Shown piece after piece: positions 10,892-21,297 of a stretch of 64,000 bases of DNA. The DNA is from an uncultured Gemmatimonadales bacterium. GTDB taxonomy: Bacteria > Gemmatimonadota > Gemmatimonadetes > Gemmatimonadales > Gemmatimonadaceae. The notes beneath the pieces were generated by a model. It made no database searches, was not told where the DNA came from, and was given only the letters and a program-made list of their open reading frames with translations. The stretch covers positions 192,001 through 256,000 of the forward strand of contig CAWKNZ010000008.1 of NCBI GenBank assembly GCA_963851265.1, in the 5' to 3' direction. Position numbers and translations under genes: made by a program. Each line of letters opens with the position of its first letter. Position 1 is the first letter of the stretch.

Positions 10892-10947
10892 TTGACATCT
10901 GGACTGAAACGTCCATAATACGGGCGATGGTGGACGACACCGTCCAC
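10892..10947 (+). promoter_or_regulatory. Sigma70-type promoter with two TGGAC-N6-GTCCA operators
   Basis: TTGACA 10892-10897, CATAAT 10914-10919; palindromes at 10900-10915 and 10931-10946; RBS GGAGG 10964-10968. Confidence 0.75.
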
Positions 10948-10975
10948 TTACACCCGTTCCGCCGGAGGTGACCGC

Positions 10976-11452
10976 ATGTACCCCGCCACCCACCCCGCGC
11001 TGCCCGCCGCGGGGTCCACCCGGGCGACCGCGCCGGTCCCGGTCCCCGCGCGCCGCGACGCCGTCGCCCGCCGCGCCCTCGCCCGCCGCGCCACCGAACT
11101 CGCGCTCGCCCTCGTCTTCGTCGGCGCGGGTGCGGCCAAGCTGGCCGCCGCGCCAGCGATGCTCGCGCTCTTCGGCACGCTCGGCAACGTGACGGGCGTC
11201 GGCTCGTGGTTCCGCCCCGCGGTCGGCCTCGCCGAAGTGCTCGGCGCCGTGCTCCTCTGCGTGCCGGCGCTCGCCGGCGTCGGCGCGGTCGCGCTCGCGA
11301 CGATCATGGCGGGCGCGATCGTCGTCCACCTGGGACTGCTGCACACCACACCGGTCGCGCCCGCGGTGCTGCTCGCCGCCCTCGCCGCGGTCGCGTACGC
11401 CAACCGCGCGGGGCTCGCCGCCGCCGCCGCCGGCCTGGAGCGCAATCTGTGA
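10976..11452 (+). CDS. DoxX family membrane protein
   Basis: F-x-x-AG-x-x-K, G-x-x-EVLG and M-x-GAI-x-x-H DoxX-like motifs; good RBS. Confidence 0.8.
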   Translation: MYPATHPALPAAGSTRATAPVPVPARRDAVARRALARRATELALALVFVGAGAAKLAAAPAMLALFGTLGNVTGVGSWFRPAVGLAEVLGAVLLCVPALAGVGAVALATIMAGAIVVHLGLLHTTPVAPAVLLAALAAVAYANRAGLAAAAAGLERNL

Positions 11453-11461
11453 GGCGCGTCC

Positions 11462-11509
11462 GGTAGCGCGCGTGCGGGTAGCGCGCGTGCGGGAAGCGCG
11501 CGTGCGGGA
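11462..11509. repeat. Intergenic 15-bp tandem repeat GG(T/A)AGCGCGCGTGCG x3
   Basis: Read directly from the sequence. Confidence 0.9.
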
Positions 11510-11567
11510 CGACGGCCCACCGCGCCGCGCCGTGCCCGCCGTCCCACACCGCCCGCCTCCCGCGCGG

Positions 11568-11595
11568 GGAACCCCGCGCGACCGCCCGCCGTCTA
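11568..11595 (+). promoter_or_regulatory. Putative ECF-sigma promoter GGAAC-N17-CGTCTA upstream of the RND operon
   Basis: Same spacing and motifs as three other sites in the window. Confidence 0.6.
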
Positions 11596-11644
11596 CCCGG
11601 CGGCCGCCCTACGCCGTTCGCCTTTTCGGACCATCGAGGTCCCC

Positions 11645-12862
11645 ATGCACCGCCAGCTTACCCCCCGCGCGCGCGGTCTCGCGCGCGCGGGGCGCAGCGC
11701 CGCCGTCGGAACCGCGGCCGCCCTCGTGCTCGCCGCCTGCCAGCAGGCCAAGCCGGCGCCCCCCGCCCCGCCGCCGCCCGAGGTCGCGGTACTCACCGTC
11801 GCGCCACAATCCAGCGAGGAGCCGCTCGAGTTCGAGGGACAGGTGCGCGCCTTCCGCACCGTGCAGGTGCGCGCCCAGGTGAATGGCGTCATCACCGCGC
11901 GCCCGTTCACCGAAGGCGCGCCGGTGCACGCGGGTGAGGTGCTCTACCGCATCGACCCCACCACCTACGACGCCGACTACCGCGGCGCCCTCGCCCGCGC
12001 CGCGCAGGCCCAGGCGCAGCTCGCCAACGCGCAGACGAGCGTCGGCCGGCTGCGCCCCCTGCTCGCCGACAACGCGGTCGCGCGCCAGGACGTCGACAAC
12101 GCGGACGCCACCGTCAAGCAGTACGCCGCCGCCCTCGCCGACGCGCGCGCCACCGTCGACCGCACGCGCAAGCTCCTGAGCGAGACCACCGTGTACGCCG
12201 AGATCTCGGGGCGCGTCGGTCGCGCCCTGCTCGACCTCGGCACGCGCGTCACGGGGCCCGCCGACGTGCTCACCACGATCGACGTCGTCGACCCCGTGTA
12301 CGTCAGCTTCCGTCCGGCCGCGCGCCAGCTGCTCGCCTGGAAGCGCGACCCGTCGCTCGCGCACGCGATCCGCCCCGGCGGCGACGCGCGCGTGCAGGCC
12401 GTGCTCGCCGACGGCCAGCCGTTCCCCGGCGACGGCCGCATCGGGTACGTCGACCCGGTCGTCGATTCGGCGACGGGCACACAGGAGTACCGCGCGACGT
12501 TCCCGCACCCCGGCCAGCTCCTGCTACCCGGGCAGTTCGTCCGCGTGCGGCTGCGCGGCCTCACGCGGCACGACGTCATCCTCGTGCCGCAGCGCGCCGT
12601 GGTCGAGCAGATGGGACGGCAGACGGTGTTCGTCGTCGACTCGGCGAACAAGGTCGTCTCGCGCAACGTCACCGCGACCGGGTGGTCGGGCGCCAACTGG
12701 CTCATCGAGGACGGCCTCCGGAGCGGCGAGCGCGTCGTCGTCGACGGCCAGCAGAAGATCGGGCCCGGCGCCACCGTGCGCCCCGTCCCGCTCGCCCCCG
12801 ACACCGCCGCCGCCGCCCCGCGCGTCGCCGCCGTCACCCCCGCCGCGTCGGGGGGCCGATGA
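11645..12862 (+). CDS. RND efflux periplasmic adaptor subunit (AcrA/MexA-like lipoprotein)
   Basis: Lipobox LAAC, VRAQVNG, LYRIDP, LLPGQFV, GL-x-x-GERVVVDG. Confidence 0.93.
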   Translation: MHRQLTPRARGLARAGRSAAVGTAAALVLAACQQAKPAPPAPPPPEVAVLTVAPQSSEEPLEFEGQVRAFRTVQVRAQVNGVITARPFTEGAPVHAGEVLYRIDPTTYDADYRGALARAAQAQAQLANAQTSVGRLRPLLADNAVARQDVDNADATVKQYAAALADARATVDRTRKLLSETTVYAEISGRVGRALLDLGTRVTGPADVLTTIDVVDPVYVSFRPAARQLLAWKRDPSLAHAIRPGGDARVQAVLADGQPFPGDGRIGYVDPVVDSATGTQEYRATFPHPGQLLLPGQFVRVRLRGLTRHDVILVPQRAVVEQMGRQTVFVVDSANKVVSRNVTATGWSGANWLIEDGLRSGERVVVDGQQKIGPGATVRPVPLAPDTAAAAPRVAAVTPAASGGR

Positions 12863-15800
12863 CCACACCGGCCGCCAACGGAACGCACGTCGACAGCACG
12901 CACGTCGACGGCTCGCACACCAACGGTACGCGCGCCAACGGCGCGAACGGCGCCACGCCGGCCGTGCCCGACGCGCCGGCGGAAGGAGGGCGCGAGTACT
13001 TCTTCGTCCGCCGCTCCGTCCTGGCCATCGTCATCTCGGTCGTCGTCACGCTGCTCGGCGCGATCGCGATGGTCGCGCTGCCCATTAACCGCTACCCCCA
13101 GATCACGCCGCCGTCGATCCAGGTCGTCGCCGTCTACCCCGGCGCGAGCGCGCAGGACGTCGCCACCTCCGTCGCCGGCCCGATCGAGCAGCAGCTCAAC
13201 GGCCTCAACGGGCTGCTCTACTACAAGTCGTCGAACTCCAGCGACGGCGTGATGAACCTGTCGGTCACCTTCGACATCGCGCGCGACCAGGACCTCGCCG
13301 CCGTCGACGTGCAGAACGCGATCTCGGTCGCGAGCCCGCAGCTTCCCGCGGCGGTGCGGCAGAACGGCATCACGGTGACCAAGGCCAACGCCGACATCCT
13401 CATGGTCGGCGCGCTCACCTCGAGCAACGCGCGCGACGACGCGGCCTACCTCACCAACTACGGCAAGCTGTACATCGAGAACGAGATGAAGCGCCTGCCC
13501 GGCGTGGGCGACGCGAGCTTCTTCTCGCCGCTCGACTTCTCGATGCTCATCAGCCTCGACCCCGAGAAGATGGCGCAGCTCGGGATCGCCGTCGACGACG
13601 TGCAGGCCGCCGTCCAGCAGCAGAACGCGACCCAGCCCGGCGGCCGACTCGGCCGCGAGCCGTCGCCCTCCGGCACGCAGCTGACCATCCCGGTGGCGAC
13701 CAGCGGGCAGCTGACCACGCCGGACCAATTCGGCGCGATCATCGTGCGCGCGCTGCCCAACGGCTCGGTCGTGCGCGTGCGCGACATCGCGACCGTCCAC
13801 CTCGGCTCCCGCCAGTACGACATCTCGGGGCGCCTCAACGGCAAGGAGACCGCGCTGTTCGGCGTGTACGCGCGCCCGGGCGCCAACAACCTCGCCGTCA
13901 AGGCCGCGGTGGTCGCGCGCATGAACGAGCTGGCGAAGGCCTTCCCGGCCGGCGTGCGCTGGACGATCCCGTTCGACACCACCCCGTTCATCAACGAGAG
14001 CATCCGCGAGGTCATCATCACGCTCGCCGAAGCGATGGCGCTGGTGACGCTCGTCGTGTTCGTCTTCCTGCAGAGCTGGCGCGCGACGCTCATCCCGGTG
14101 CTCGCCGTCCCGGTCAGCATCATCGGCACCTTCCTCGGCATCTACGCGCTCGGCTTCACGATCAACACGCTCACGCTCTTCGGCATGGTGCTCGCCATCG
14201 GCATCGTCGTCGACGACGCGATCGTCGTGATCGAGAACGTCGAGCGCATCATGTCGACCGAGCACGTCTCGGCGCGCGTCGCGACCAACCGCGCGATGGG
14301 GCAGATCTCGGGCGCGCTGATCGCGATCGTGCTCGTGCTGTGCGCGGTGTTCATCCCCGTCGCCTTCGTGCCCGGCATCACCGGGGCGATGTACAAGCAG
14401 TTCGCCGTGACGCTCGTCTTCGCGGTGCTGCTCTCGGGCATGGTCGCGCTCACGCTCACGCCGGCCCTCTGCTCGCTCCTGCTCAAGGAGACGCCCGCGG
14501 GCGCGACGCGCGGCCGCTTCTTCGCCTGGTTCAACCGGCGGTTCGCGGCGCTCACCAACCGCTACGTGCACGCCGCGGGCGGCGTGGTGCGGCGCCCGCG
14601 CGTGTGGTATCCGGTGTTCGCGGTGGCCGTGGTGCTCATCGGCCTGCTCTTCCGCCGCGTGCCGAGCGGGTTCGTGCCGAGCGAGGACAAGGGGTACTTC
14701 GCGGTGAGCGTGCAGCTGCCCGACGCGGCGTCGCTGCAGCGCACGATCGCCACCGTGCAGCAGGTGGAGCAGATCGCGCGCGCGGAACCCGGAGTCAGGG
14801 ACGTGGTCGCGATCGCCGGGCTCGACCTGCTCACCAGCTCCAACCAGACCAACCGGGCGACGATGTTCATCGGGCTCAAACCGTGGAGCGAGCGCGGGCC
14901 GGGGAACGACGTCGAGAGCGTACTCGGGCGCGTCAACGGCAAACTGTTCGCGATGCGGCAGGCGATCGGCTTCGGCTTCAACCTGCCCGAAATCCCGGGT
15001 CTCGGCACCACCGCCGGACTCGAGATGAACCTGCAGCAGCGCTCGGGCACCGACATCGGGGCGTTCGGGGCCGCGGTGCACGCGTTCGTCGAGGATGCCA
15101 ACAAGGTCGCCACGCAGGGCGCCAACGGCGGCGTGCGCACCGACGTGCCGCAGCTCTTCGTGCACGTCGACGAGGACGCGGCGCGCGCGCGCGGCGTCGG
15201 CACGGCGCCGATCTTCGCCACGCTGCAGACGATGCTCTCCACCCTCTACATCAACGACTTCACCCTGTACGGGCGCCCGTACCGCGTCCAGGCGGAGGCG
15301 CAACAGCGGTTCCGGCAGAAGCCCGAGGACGTCGGCCGCTTCTACGTGCGGAACGCGGCCGGCGCGATGATCCCGGTCTCCGCGCTGGTCACCACCGAGA
15401 TGCGCAGCGCGCCGAGCCTGCTCACGCGCTTCAACGGCTTCCCGTCGGCCACCATCACCGGCACGCCGCGGCCCGGGGAGAGCTCGGGGCAGATGCTGAC
15501 CGCGGTCGAGAAGCTGCTCAACGACAAGTACGCGTCGCAGGGCATCGGCTTCGCGTACAGCGGCGAGAGCTACCAGGAGCAGACGTCGGGCGGCACGAGC
15601 AGCAAGGTGCTCGCGCTCGCGCTCGTGCTCGTGTTCCTCGTCCTCGCCGCGCAGTACGAGAGCTGGGCGGTGCCGTTCGCCGTGCTCCTCGGCGTGCCGT
15701 TCGGGTTGCTGGGCGCCGTGCTCGCGGTCTGGGTGCGCGGGATGCCCAACGACGTGTATTTCCAGGTGGGGCTGTTCGCGGTGATCGGGCTCGCGGCCAA

Positions 15801-16197
15801 GAACGCGATCCTCATCGTCGAGTTCGCGACCGAGCAGGTCGCGGCGGGCGCGTCGGTGCGCGACGCCGCGCTCGAGGCGGCGCGCGAGCGCTTCCGCCCG
15901 ATCCTCATGACCTCGCTCGCCTTCATCCTCGGCGTGTCGCCGCTCATCATCGCGAGCGGCGCGGGCGCCGGCAGCCGGCATTCGTTGGGCACGAGCGTGT
16001 TCTTCGGGATGCTCGGCGCCACGGCGCTCGGCATCTTCTTCGTCCCGCTGTTCTTCAGCACGATCCGCGGCTTCGTGGCGCGGCGCGCCGAACGCGGCGG
16101 CGCGCGCCCGCCCGACCCCGCGCCGGCGGCCGTGCCGGGTGCCGTGCCGGATGCCGCGCCGGCGCCCGCCTACGCCGCCGCCCGGGGGACCGCGTGA
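12859..16197 (+). CDS. Multidrug RND permease (AcrB/MexB, HAE1)
   Basis: YP-x-ITPP, YPGASA, IGIVVDDAIVVIEN, AAKNAILIVEF, RFRPILMTS; ATGA overlap with the adaptor gene. Confidence 0.95.
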   Translation: MTTPAANGTHVDSTHVDGSHTNGTRANGANGATPAVPDAPAEGGREYFFVRRSVLAIVISVVVTLLGAIAMVALPINRYPQITPPSIQVVAVYPGASAQDVATSVAGPIEQQLNGLNGLLYYKSSNSSDGVMNLSVTFDIARDQDLAAVDVQNAISVASPQLPAAVRQNGITVTKANADILMVGALTSSNARDDAAYLTNYGKLYIENEMKRLPGVGDASFFSPLDFSMLISLDPEKMAQLGIAVDDVQAAVQQQNATQPGGRLGREPSPSGTQLTIPVATSGQLTTPDQFGAIIVRALPNGSVVRVRDIATVHLGSRQYDISGRLNGKETALFGVYARPGANNLAVKAAVVARMNELAKAFPAGVRWTIPFDTTPFINESIREVIITLAEAMALVTLVVFVFLQSWRATLIPVLAVPVSIIGTFLGIYALGFTINTLTLFGMVLAIGIVVDDAIVVIENVERIMSTEHVSARVATNRAMGQISGALIAIVLVLCAVFIPVAFVPGITGAMYKQFAVTLVFAVLLSGMVALTLTPALCSLLLKETPAGATRGRFFAWFNRRFAALTNRYVHAAGGVVRRPRVWYPVFAVAVVLIGLLFRRVPSGFVPSEDKGYFAVSVQLPDAASLQRTIATVQQVEQIARAEPGVRDVVAIAGLDLLTSSNQTNRATMFIGLKPWSERGPGNDVESVLGRVNGKLFAMRQAIGFGFNLPEIPGLGTTAGLEMNLQQRSGTDIGAFGAAVHAFVEDANKVATQGANGGVRTDVPQLFVHVDEDAARARGVGTAPIFATLQTMLSTLYINDFTLYGRPYRVQAEAQQRFRQKPEDVGRFYVRNAAGAMIPVSALVTTEMRSAPSLLTRFNGFPSATITGTPRPGESSGQMLTAVEKLLNDKYASQGIGFAYSGESYQEQTSGGTSSKVLALALVLVFLVLAAQYESWAVPFAVLLGVPFGLLGAVLAVWVRGMPNDVYFQVGLFAVIGLAAKNAILIVEFATEQVAAGASVRDAALEAARERFRPILMTSLAFILGVSPLIIASGAGAGSRHSLGTSVFFGMLGATALGIFFVPLFFSTIRGFVARRAERGGARPPDPAPAAVPGAVPDAAPAPAYAAARGTA

Positions 16198-17726
16198 CGC
16201 CCCGCCGCCCCCGCCGCTCGGCGTCCACCGCCGTCGCCCGCGCCGGCACCCTCGCCGCCGCGTGGACCGTCGCCGCCTGCGCCGTCGGCCCGTCCACCCG
16301 CGTCAACACCGCCGTCGCGCCCGTCGTCTCGTACGACGACGCGACGCCGGCCGGCACGCGCGCGGTGCTCGACTCGCTCGCCGTCGTGCGCACCGACGAG
16401 CACACCGGCGCCGGCCCGCGGGCGTCCGACCCGTCGCGCCAGGTCTGGACGCCCGCGCGGCTCGTCGTCGACAGCGCCCGCGACCTCCGCTGGCTCGACG
16501 TGCTGCGCGACCCGCAGCTCGTCGCGCTCGTCGGCGACGCGCTCGGCAACAACCGCGACCTGCGCGTCGCCCAGGCGCGCGTCCGCGAGTACCGCGCCGA
16601 CCTCGCCGCGGCGCGCGGCGCCTACTTCCCGCAGGCCACCGCCGACCTCACGCGCAGCAGCAACCGGACCGTCTTCGGTCCGTTAGGCTTCAAGTACAAC
16701 GCCACGCAGATCGTCGGCAACGCCTCGTGGGAGCTCGACCTCTGGGGCCGCGTGCGGCGCGGGGCCGAGGCGGCGCGCTACGATCTCGGCGCGCAGCAGG
16801 AGGACGTGCGCGCGACCACGCTCAACCTCGTCGGCGACGTCGCGACCGCGTACCTGCAGATCCGCGAAGTCGACGCCGACCTCGCGCTCTCCGACTCGAC
16901 GCTCGCCTCGCGCCGCACCACGCTCGACATCGCGCGGCGGCGCTTCCAGCAGGGGGTGACGTCCGAACTGGACGTGCGCACGTTCGAGTCGGAGCTGGCC
17001 GACCCGGCCGCGCGCGGGGCCGCGCTGGCGCTCCAGCGCGTGCAGCTCGCCAACCAGCTCGCGCAGCTCGTCGGGCGCGCGCCGGTGGCGATCCCGCGCG
17101 GCGGGCCGCTCACCGACGCCGTACGCGCCGTGACGGTTCCCGACTCGATTCCGGGTGCGCTCGTCGCCGAGCGGCCGGACGTGCGGGCCGCGGCGCGCAC
17201 GCTGCAAGCGTCGGTCGCGCGCGTCGGCGTGGCCGTCGGCAACCGCCTGCCCACGCTCTCACTGAGCGGCGAGTACGGCACGCTGCAGCCCGGCTACAGC
17301 CACTTCTTCAACAAGGCGGGCGAGCTGTACGTCGCGCAGGCCGGCATCTCGGTGCCGCTGTTCACCGGCGGCCGGCTCGCGGCAGAGGAGCGCGCGGCGC
17401 GGGCGCGGGTCGACGAGGCGCGCGGGCAGTACGAGCAGACCGTGCTCACCGCGGAGCGCGAGGCGAGCAACGCGCTCGCCGGCGTACGGCTCGGCCGCGA
17501 CCAGCTCGTCGCGCAGGCGACGCAGGTCGCGGCGCTGCAGCGCGCCTTCGGCATCGCGCAGGCGCGCTACCGGAGCGGCATCTCGAGCTACCTCGAAGTG
17601 CTCGATGCGCAGCGGCAGCTGTTCGCCGCACAGCTCGCGCTCGTGCAGGACCAGCGGCAGTATCTGGTCTCGACCGTGGACCTGTACCGCGCGCTCGGCG
17701 GCGGGTGGAACGTGGGCGGGCGCTGA
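16194..17726 (+). CDS. RND outer membrane factor lipoprotein (OprM/NodT family)
   Basis: Lipobox AACAVGP, WELDLWG, RPDVRAA, YLEVLDAQR, LYRALGGGW; GTGA overlap. Confidence 0.93.
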   Translation: MTPRRPRRSASTAVARAGTLAAAWTVAACAVGPSTRVNTAVAPVVSYDDATPAGTRAVLDSLAVVRTDEHTGAGPRASDPSRQVWTPARLVVDSARDLRWLDVLRDPQLVALVGDALGNNRDLRVAQARVREYRADLAAARGAYFPQATADLTRSSNRTVFGPLGFKYNATQIVGNASWELDLWGRVRRGAEAARYDLGAQQEDVRATTLNLVGDVATAYLQIREVDADLALSDSTLASRRTTLDIARRRFQQGVTSELDVRTFESELADPAARGAALALQRVQLANQLAQLVGRAPVAIPRGGPLTDAVRAVTVPDSIPGALVAERPDVRAAARTLQASVARVGVAVGNRLPTLSLSGEYGTLQPGYSHFFNKAGELYVAQAGISVPLFTGGRLAAEERAARARVDEARGQYEQTVLTAEREASNALAGVRLGRDQLVAQATQVAALQRAFGIAQARYRSGISSYLEVLDAQRQLFAAQLALVQDQRQYLVSTVDLYRALGGGWNVGGR

Positions 17727-17756
17727 CGCCGCCGGGGCCGCTGCCTAACGTGCGCG

Positions 17757-18470
17757 TCAGGACGCGGCCGCGGCGCCCCGGCCGCGCGTGCAGCGCGCCT
17801 CCGCCCGCAACAGGTAGCCCGCGACCACGTCGTTCAGGCCGCGGATGAGCGTCGCGCGCTGCGCGGCCGGCATGCCGCCCGCAACGCTCATGATGCCGAG
17901 GACGGCGGCGAACAGCGTGAGCGCGCGCGCGCGGCACTCGGCCGGCCGCACGCCCGGCAGGCGCGCCGCGATGATCCGCTCGGCCTGCTGCAGGTGCAGC
18001 GCCTCCAGCCCCGAGCACCGCGCGGCGTCATGCCCCCACGTGGAGTCCGCGGCGAGGATCAGCAGCAGGTCGGGGTGCTCGTCGAGGTACGTGCGGAACG
18101 GGTCGAGGTACCGGTCCACCGTCTGCTCGAGCGTGAGGCGCGACCAGTCGACCGGCTCGTTCAGGCGCAGCAGGTCGCGCTCGAGGATGTTGGAGATGTG
18201 CCGCTCCGCGAGCGCGCGGACCACGTGCGCGCAGTCGGGGAAGAAGTGGTACATCGAACTCTTGGACGTCCCCGACCGCCGCGCGATCGCGTCGACCGTG
18301 AGCCCGGCGGTGCCCTCCTCGACGAGAATCGCGCTCGCCGCGTCGAGGATCGCGTCGACGCGCCGCCGCCCGCGCTCCTGCTGAGGGGCGCGCGCCTCGC
18401 GCGACGCGTCCGCACCCGCCCGCGGCCGCGTCGCCGCGTCCGCGTCCTGGTTCAGCGTCAGCGCCTTCAT
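17757..18470 (-). CDS. TetR/AcrR family transcriptional regulator
   Basis: PQQERG...ILDAA...LTVDAIARRSGTSKSSMYHFFPD HTH. Confidence 0.9.
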   Translation of the reverse strand: MKALTLNQDADAATRPRAGADASREARAPQQERGRRRVDAILDAASAILVEEGTAGLTVDAIARRSGTSKSSMYHFFPDCAHVVRALAERHISNILERDLLRLNEPVDWSRLTLEQTVDRYLDPFRTYLDEHPDLLLILAADSTWGHDAARCSGLEALHLQQAERIIAARLPGVRPAECRARALTLFAAVLGIMSVAGGMPAAQRATLIRGLNDVVAGYLLRAEARCTRGRGAAAAS

Positions 18471-18772
18471 GTGCGTGGATGTAGTCACAGTTTGGGCCCA
18501 ATCGCAAACATACACGCCCACACCGCGCCCCGTGTTGCGCGCGCGGTCGCCGCGACGTCTCTGTGGACCCGTCGCGACAGCCGACCTCGACTGTTGTAGC
18601 AGCGTCGCCACGCGCTGACGCGGTCGCCGCCCGCACCGGTGCGGTGCCTGGCGCGTAAGTCCAAGCGGCACAGGCTGTTAGCGGCAGAGCCGCAGACGCG
18701 CGGGGGCGGCAGACGGGTTGCATTCGGGCCTCACACCCGCGCAGGTCCCGCCACGCGACACCGCCCACCGAC

Positions 18773-19984
18773 ATGCCCGCACTCTCCGCCCCACCACGGC
18801 CCGCGACGTCGGCCGACCGCGCGACCAACGCCGGCCCGCTCCGACAGTACGAGCTCGATTGGCTGCGCCTCGCCTCCGTGCTCGCCGTCGTCGTGATGCA
18901 CGTGGCGCAGACGTACGCGCGGCCGACCGACCCCGCCGCCCGGTGGAGCGCGCAGTCGGAGACGTTAGGCAGCTTCCTGGCCCTCACCGGCTACTGGCGC
19001 ATGCCGCTGCTGTTCTGCATCGCGGGCATGGTCGCGACGCACACGCGCGGTCGGCGCGGGCTGGGCGAGTACGTGCGCGCGCGGGCCGAACGCCTGCTGC
19101 TCCCGCTCGCGGCGGGCCTCGCGCTCCTGGGACCGGCACAGTACGCCCTCGAAGCCGTGCTCGTCGGCGCGCCCGGCCTGCACTTCGCCTGGGGCTACTT
19201 CTGGTTCCTCGGCGCGCTCGCCGGAGTCACGGTGCTCACCCTTCCTCTCGGCGCGTGGCTCGCGCGCCCGGGGGTGCGTCGGACCCTCGCCCCGCTCGCC
19301 GAGCACGGCGGCACGCTCGTCGTCCTCGGCGCGTTGCCGATCGCCGCGACGCTGCTGCCGTACCGCCTGCTCGGCACCGCGCCCGTGCTGGGACACGTCG
19401 ACCTCAAGACGCTGATCGGCTACGGCGGTGACTTCGTCGCCGGCATGGTGCTCGGCAGCGCTCCGGCGTTCCGCGCGACCGTGATCGGGCGGCGGCGCGC
19501 GGCGCTGCTCGCGTGGGCGGGCGCGGCGGCGCTGCAGGTGGTCGGCACGCGGGCGGGGTGGGACGCGCACGTCGCCGTGGTGGCCGAGGGCGTGGCGAGC
19601 TGGGCGTGGGTACTCGCGTGCTACGGGTTCGCCGCACACCACCTCGCGACGCCGTCCCCCGTCCTGATGCGGTGGGCGTCCCGGGCGCTGGCCATCTACA
19701 TCCTGCACGGGGTCCCGCTCGCGGTCGCGCGCAACATCGTGCTCCCGCCCGAACTGCCGCTTCCGCTCCAGGTGGTGCTACTCGTCGCGATCACGGCGGT
19801 CATGGGACTCGCACTCGTACGGCTGGCGGAGGGGTTCGCGGGCACGGCTCGGCTGCTCGGCATGCGGCACGCGCCGATCTCGCCGGAGCCGGTGAGCGTG
19901 CACCTCGCCCACGCGGTCCGGCAGTTGGCCGTCGTCATACGGCCGAGCGCGGCGCCACACGTCGAACTCGGCGGCATCTCCTGA
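18773..19984 (+). CDS. Acyltransferase family 3 membrane protein (OpgC/MdoC-like)
   Basis: R-x-x-x-LDWLR, VV-x-H, RMPLLF-x-IAG, R-x-x-RLLLP, YILH; multiple TM helices. Confidence 0.82.
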   Translation: MPALSAPPRPATSADRATNAGPLRQYELDWLRLASVLAVVVMHVAQTYARPTDPAARWSAQSETLGSFLALTGYWRMPLLFCIAGMVATHTRGRRGLGEYVRARAERLLLPLAAGLALLGPAQYALEAVLVGAPGLHFAWGYFWFLGALAGVTVLTLPLGAWLARPGVRRTLAPLAEHGGTLVVLGALPIAATLLPYRLLGTAPVLGHVDLKTLIGYGGDFVAGMVLGSAPAFRATVIGRRRAALLAWAGAAALQVVGTRAGWDAHVAVVAEGVASWAWVLACYGFAAHHLATPSPVLMRWASRALAIYILHGVPLAVARNIVLPPELPLPLQVVLLVAITAVMGLALVRLAEGFAGTARLLGMRHAPISPEPVSVHLAHAVRQLAVVIRPSAAPHVELGGIS

Positions 19985-20002
19985 TCGCGCGCCGCGCGGC
20001 CG

Positions 20003-20521
20003 CTACTGCACCCCGGCCAGTTTGACGCGGAATACCAGCACCGCGTTCTGCGGGATCCCCGGCGGCGAGCCGGCGCCGTAGCCGAGCGCGGGCGGGACGA
20101 CGAGCGTGCGCGTTCCGCCGACGCGCATGCCCTCCATCCCCTCGTCCCAGCCTTTGATGACCTCGCCGCGACCCACGACGAAGGCGAGCGGCCGGCCGCT
20201 CGCCTTCGTCGAGTCGAACGTGGTCCCGTCGGTCAGGAACCCGGTGTAGCGCACCAGCACCCCGCGACCCGTCGTCGCGACCGCCCCCCGGCCGACCACG
20301 TCGTCGCGGACGTACAGCCCGCTCGGCCGCCGCGTGAATTTCGCGAGCGCGATGCCGAGCGCCGGCGCGTAGGTGACGGTCGCGGGGTCGGCGATCGGCG
20401 GGGACGCGGCGGCGGCCGGGGCGGCCGCCGCGGCGGAGTCACGCGCGGGCTCGGCACCGGGGCGGCACGCGAGGGCGAGTAGGGCGGCCGCGAGCAGGGC
20501 GGCGGGATGGCGGCGGCGCAT
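20003..20521 (-). CDS. FKBP-type peptidyl-prolyl isomerase (lipoprotein)
   Basis: Lipobox LALAC, YTGFL-x-DG-x-x-FDS, VIKGWDEG, PPALGYG. Confidence 0.93.
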   Translation of the reverse strand: MRRRHPAALLAAALLALACRPGAEPARDSAAAAAPAAAASPPIADPATVTYAPALGIALAKFTRRPSGLYVRDDVVGRGAVATTGRGVLVRYTGFLTDGTTFDSTKASGRPLAFVVGRGEVIKGWDEGMEGMRVGGTRTLVVPPALGYGAGSPPGIPQNAVLVFRVKLAGVQ

Positions 20522-20601
20522 GGGCGCGACGGATCGACGGGGGCGGGAGAGCGCGGAGTGGCGAGCTTACCCGCGCGCCGCAGCGCCGGCAACCGAGCGC
20601 C

Positions 20602-21225
20602 TCACACCAACTCACGCGCGGCCGACGCGCGCAACACCCCGCGCGCGACCTCGTGAAATGCCGCGTCGACCTGCACCGGCGTGGCGGCGGCCGGGTGGTC
20701 CTGCCACCACCGAATCGCCTCCATGAGGGCGCCCGCCAGCATCCGCGCGACCAGCGCGCGCGGCATGTCCGGCGCGCTGCCGCCCGCGTGTCCGAGCCGG
20801 CGCGCGATCATGCGCGCCGCGTGGTCCGCGCACAGCGCCCACATCTCGTCCAGCAGGCCGTCGCGCCGCAACGCGTCCACGAGCGCCGGCTCCTCGCCGA
20901 CGTGCGCGAGGAACTCGGCGACCGGAAAGAGGCGCGGTCCGGCGGGCGACGGCCGCTCGACGAGCGGCGCAAGCCAGGCGAACACCCCCTCGTAGCTCGA
21001 GAGGAGCACGTCCTGCTTGTTGCGGTAATGCGCGTAGAAGGTCGCGCGGCCGACCCCCGCCCGGTCGAGGATGTCCTGCACCGTGATCGCGTCGAACTCG
21101 CGCTCCTTGATGAGCCCGATGAGGGCGCGGGCGAGCGCGCGAGTGGTGCGGGCGACCCGCGGGTCGACCTCGTCGTCGGCCCGGACGGCGGGTTTCCGAA
21201 CACGTGCGGGAGAGTCGTTCGGCAT
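20602..21225 (-). CDS. TetR/AcrR family transcriptional regulator
   Basis: DPRV-x-RT...ITVQDILDRAGVGRATFYAHY HTH. Confidence 0.9.
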   Translation of the reverse strand: MPNDSPARVRKPAVRADDEVDPRVARTTRALARALIGLIKEREFDAITVQDILDRAGVGRATFYAHYRNKQDVLLSSYEGVFAWLAPLVERPSPAGPRLFPVAEFLAHVGEEPALVDALRRDGLLDEMWALCADHAARMIARRLGHAGGSAPDMPRALVARMLAGALMEAIRWWQDHPAAATPVQVDAAFHEVARGVLRASAARELV

Positions 21226-21297
21226 CGGGGGCGGGGACGGCGGGAAGACGCGATGTTCGGCGCGTACGCCGGACCACGATCACTCCCCGCGCCGCCG

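Noticed and set aside
11462..11509. Short repeats as a possible CRISPR array
   Set aside because: Contiguous 15-bp units with no spacers, and no cas genes in the window.
14340..17726. Apparent giant fusion ORFs (14340-17726, 32669-36184, 39152-41941, 49556-52156)
   Set aside because: Stop-free upstream extensions; real starts are supported by RBS, signal peptides or ATGA/GTGA overlaps.
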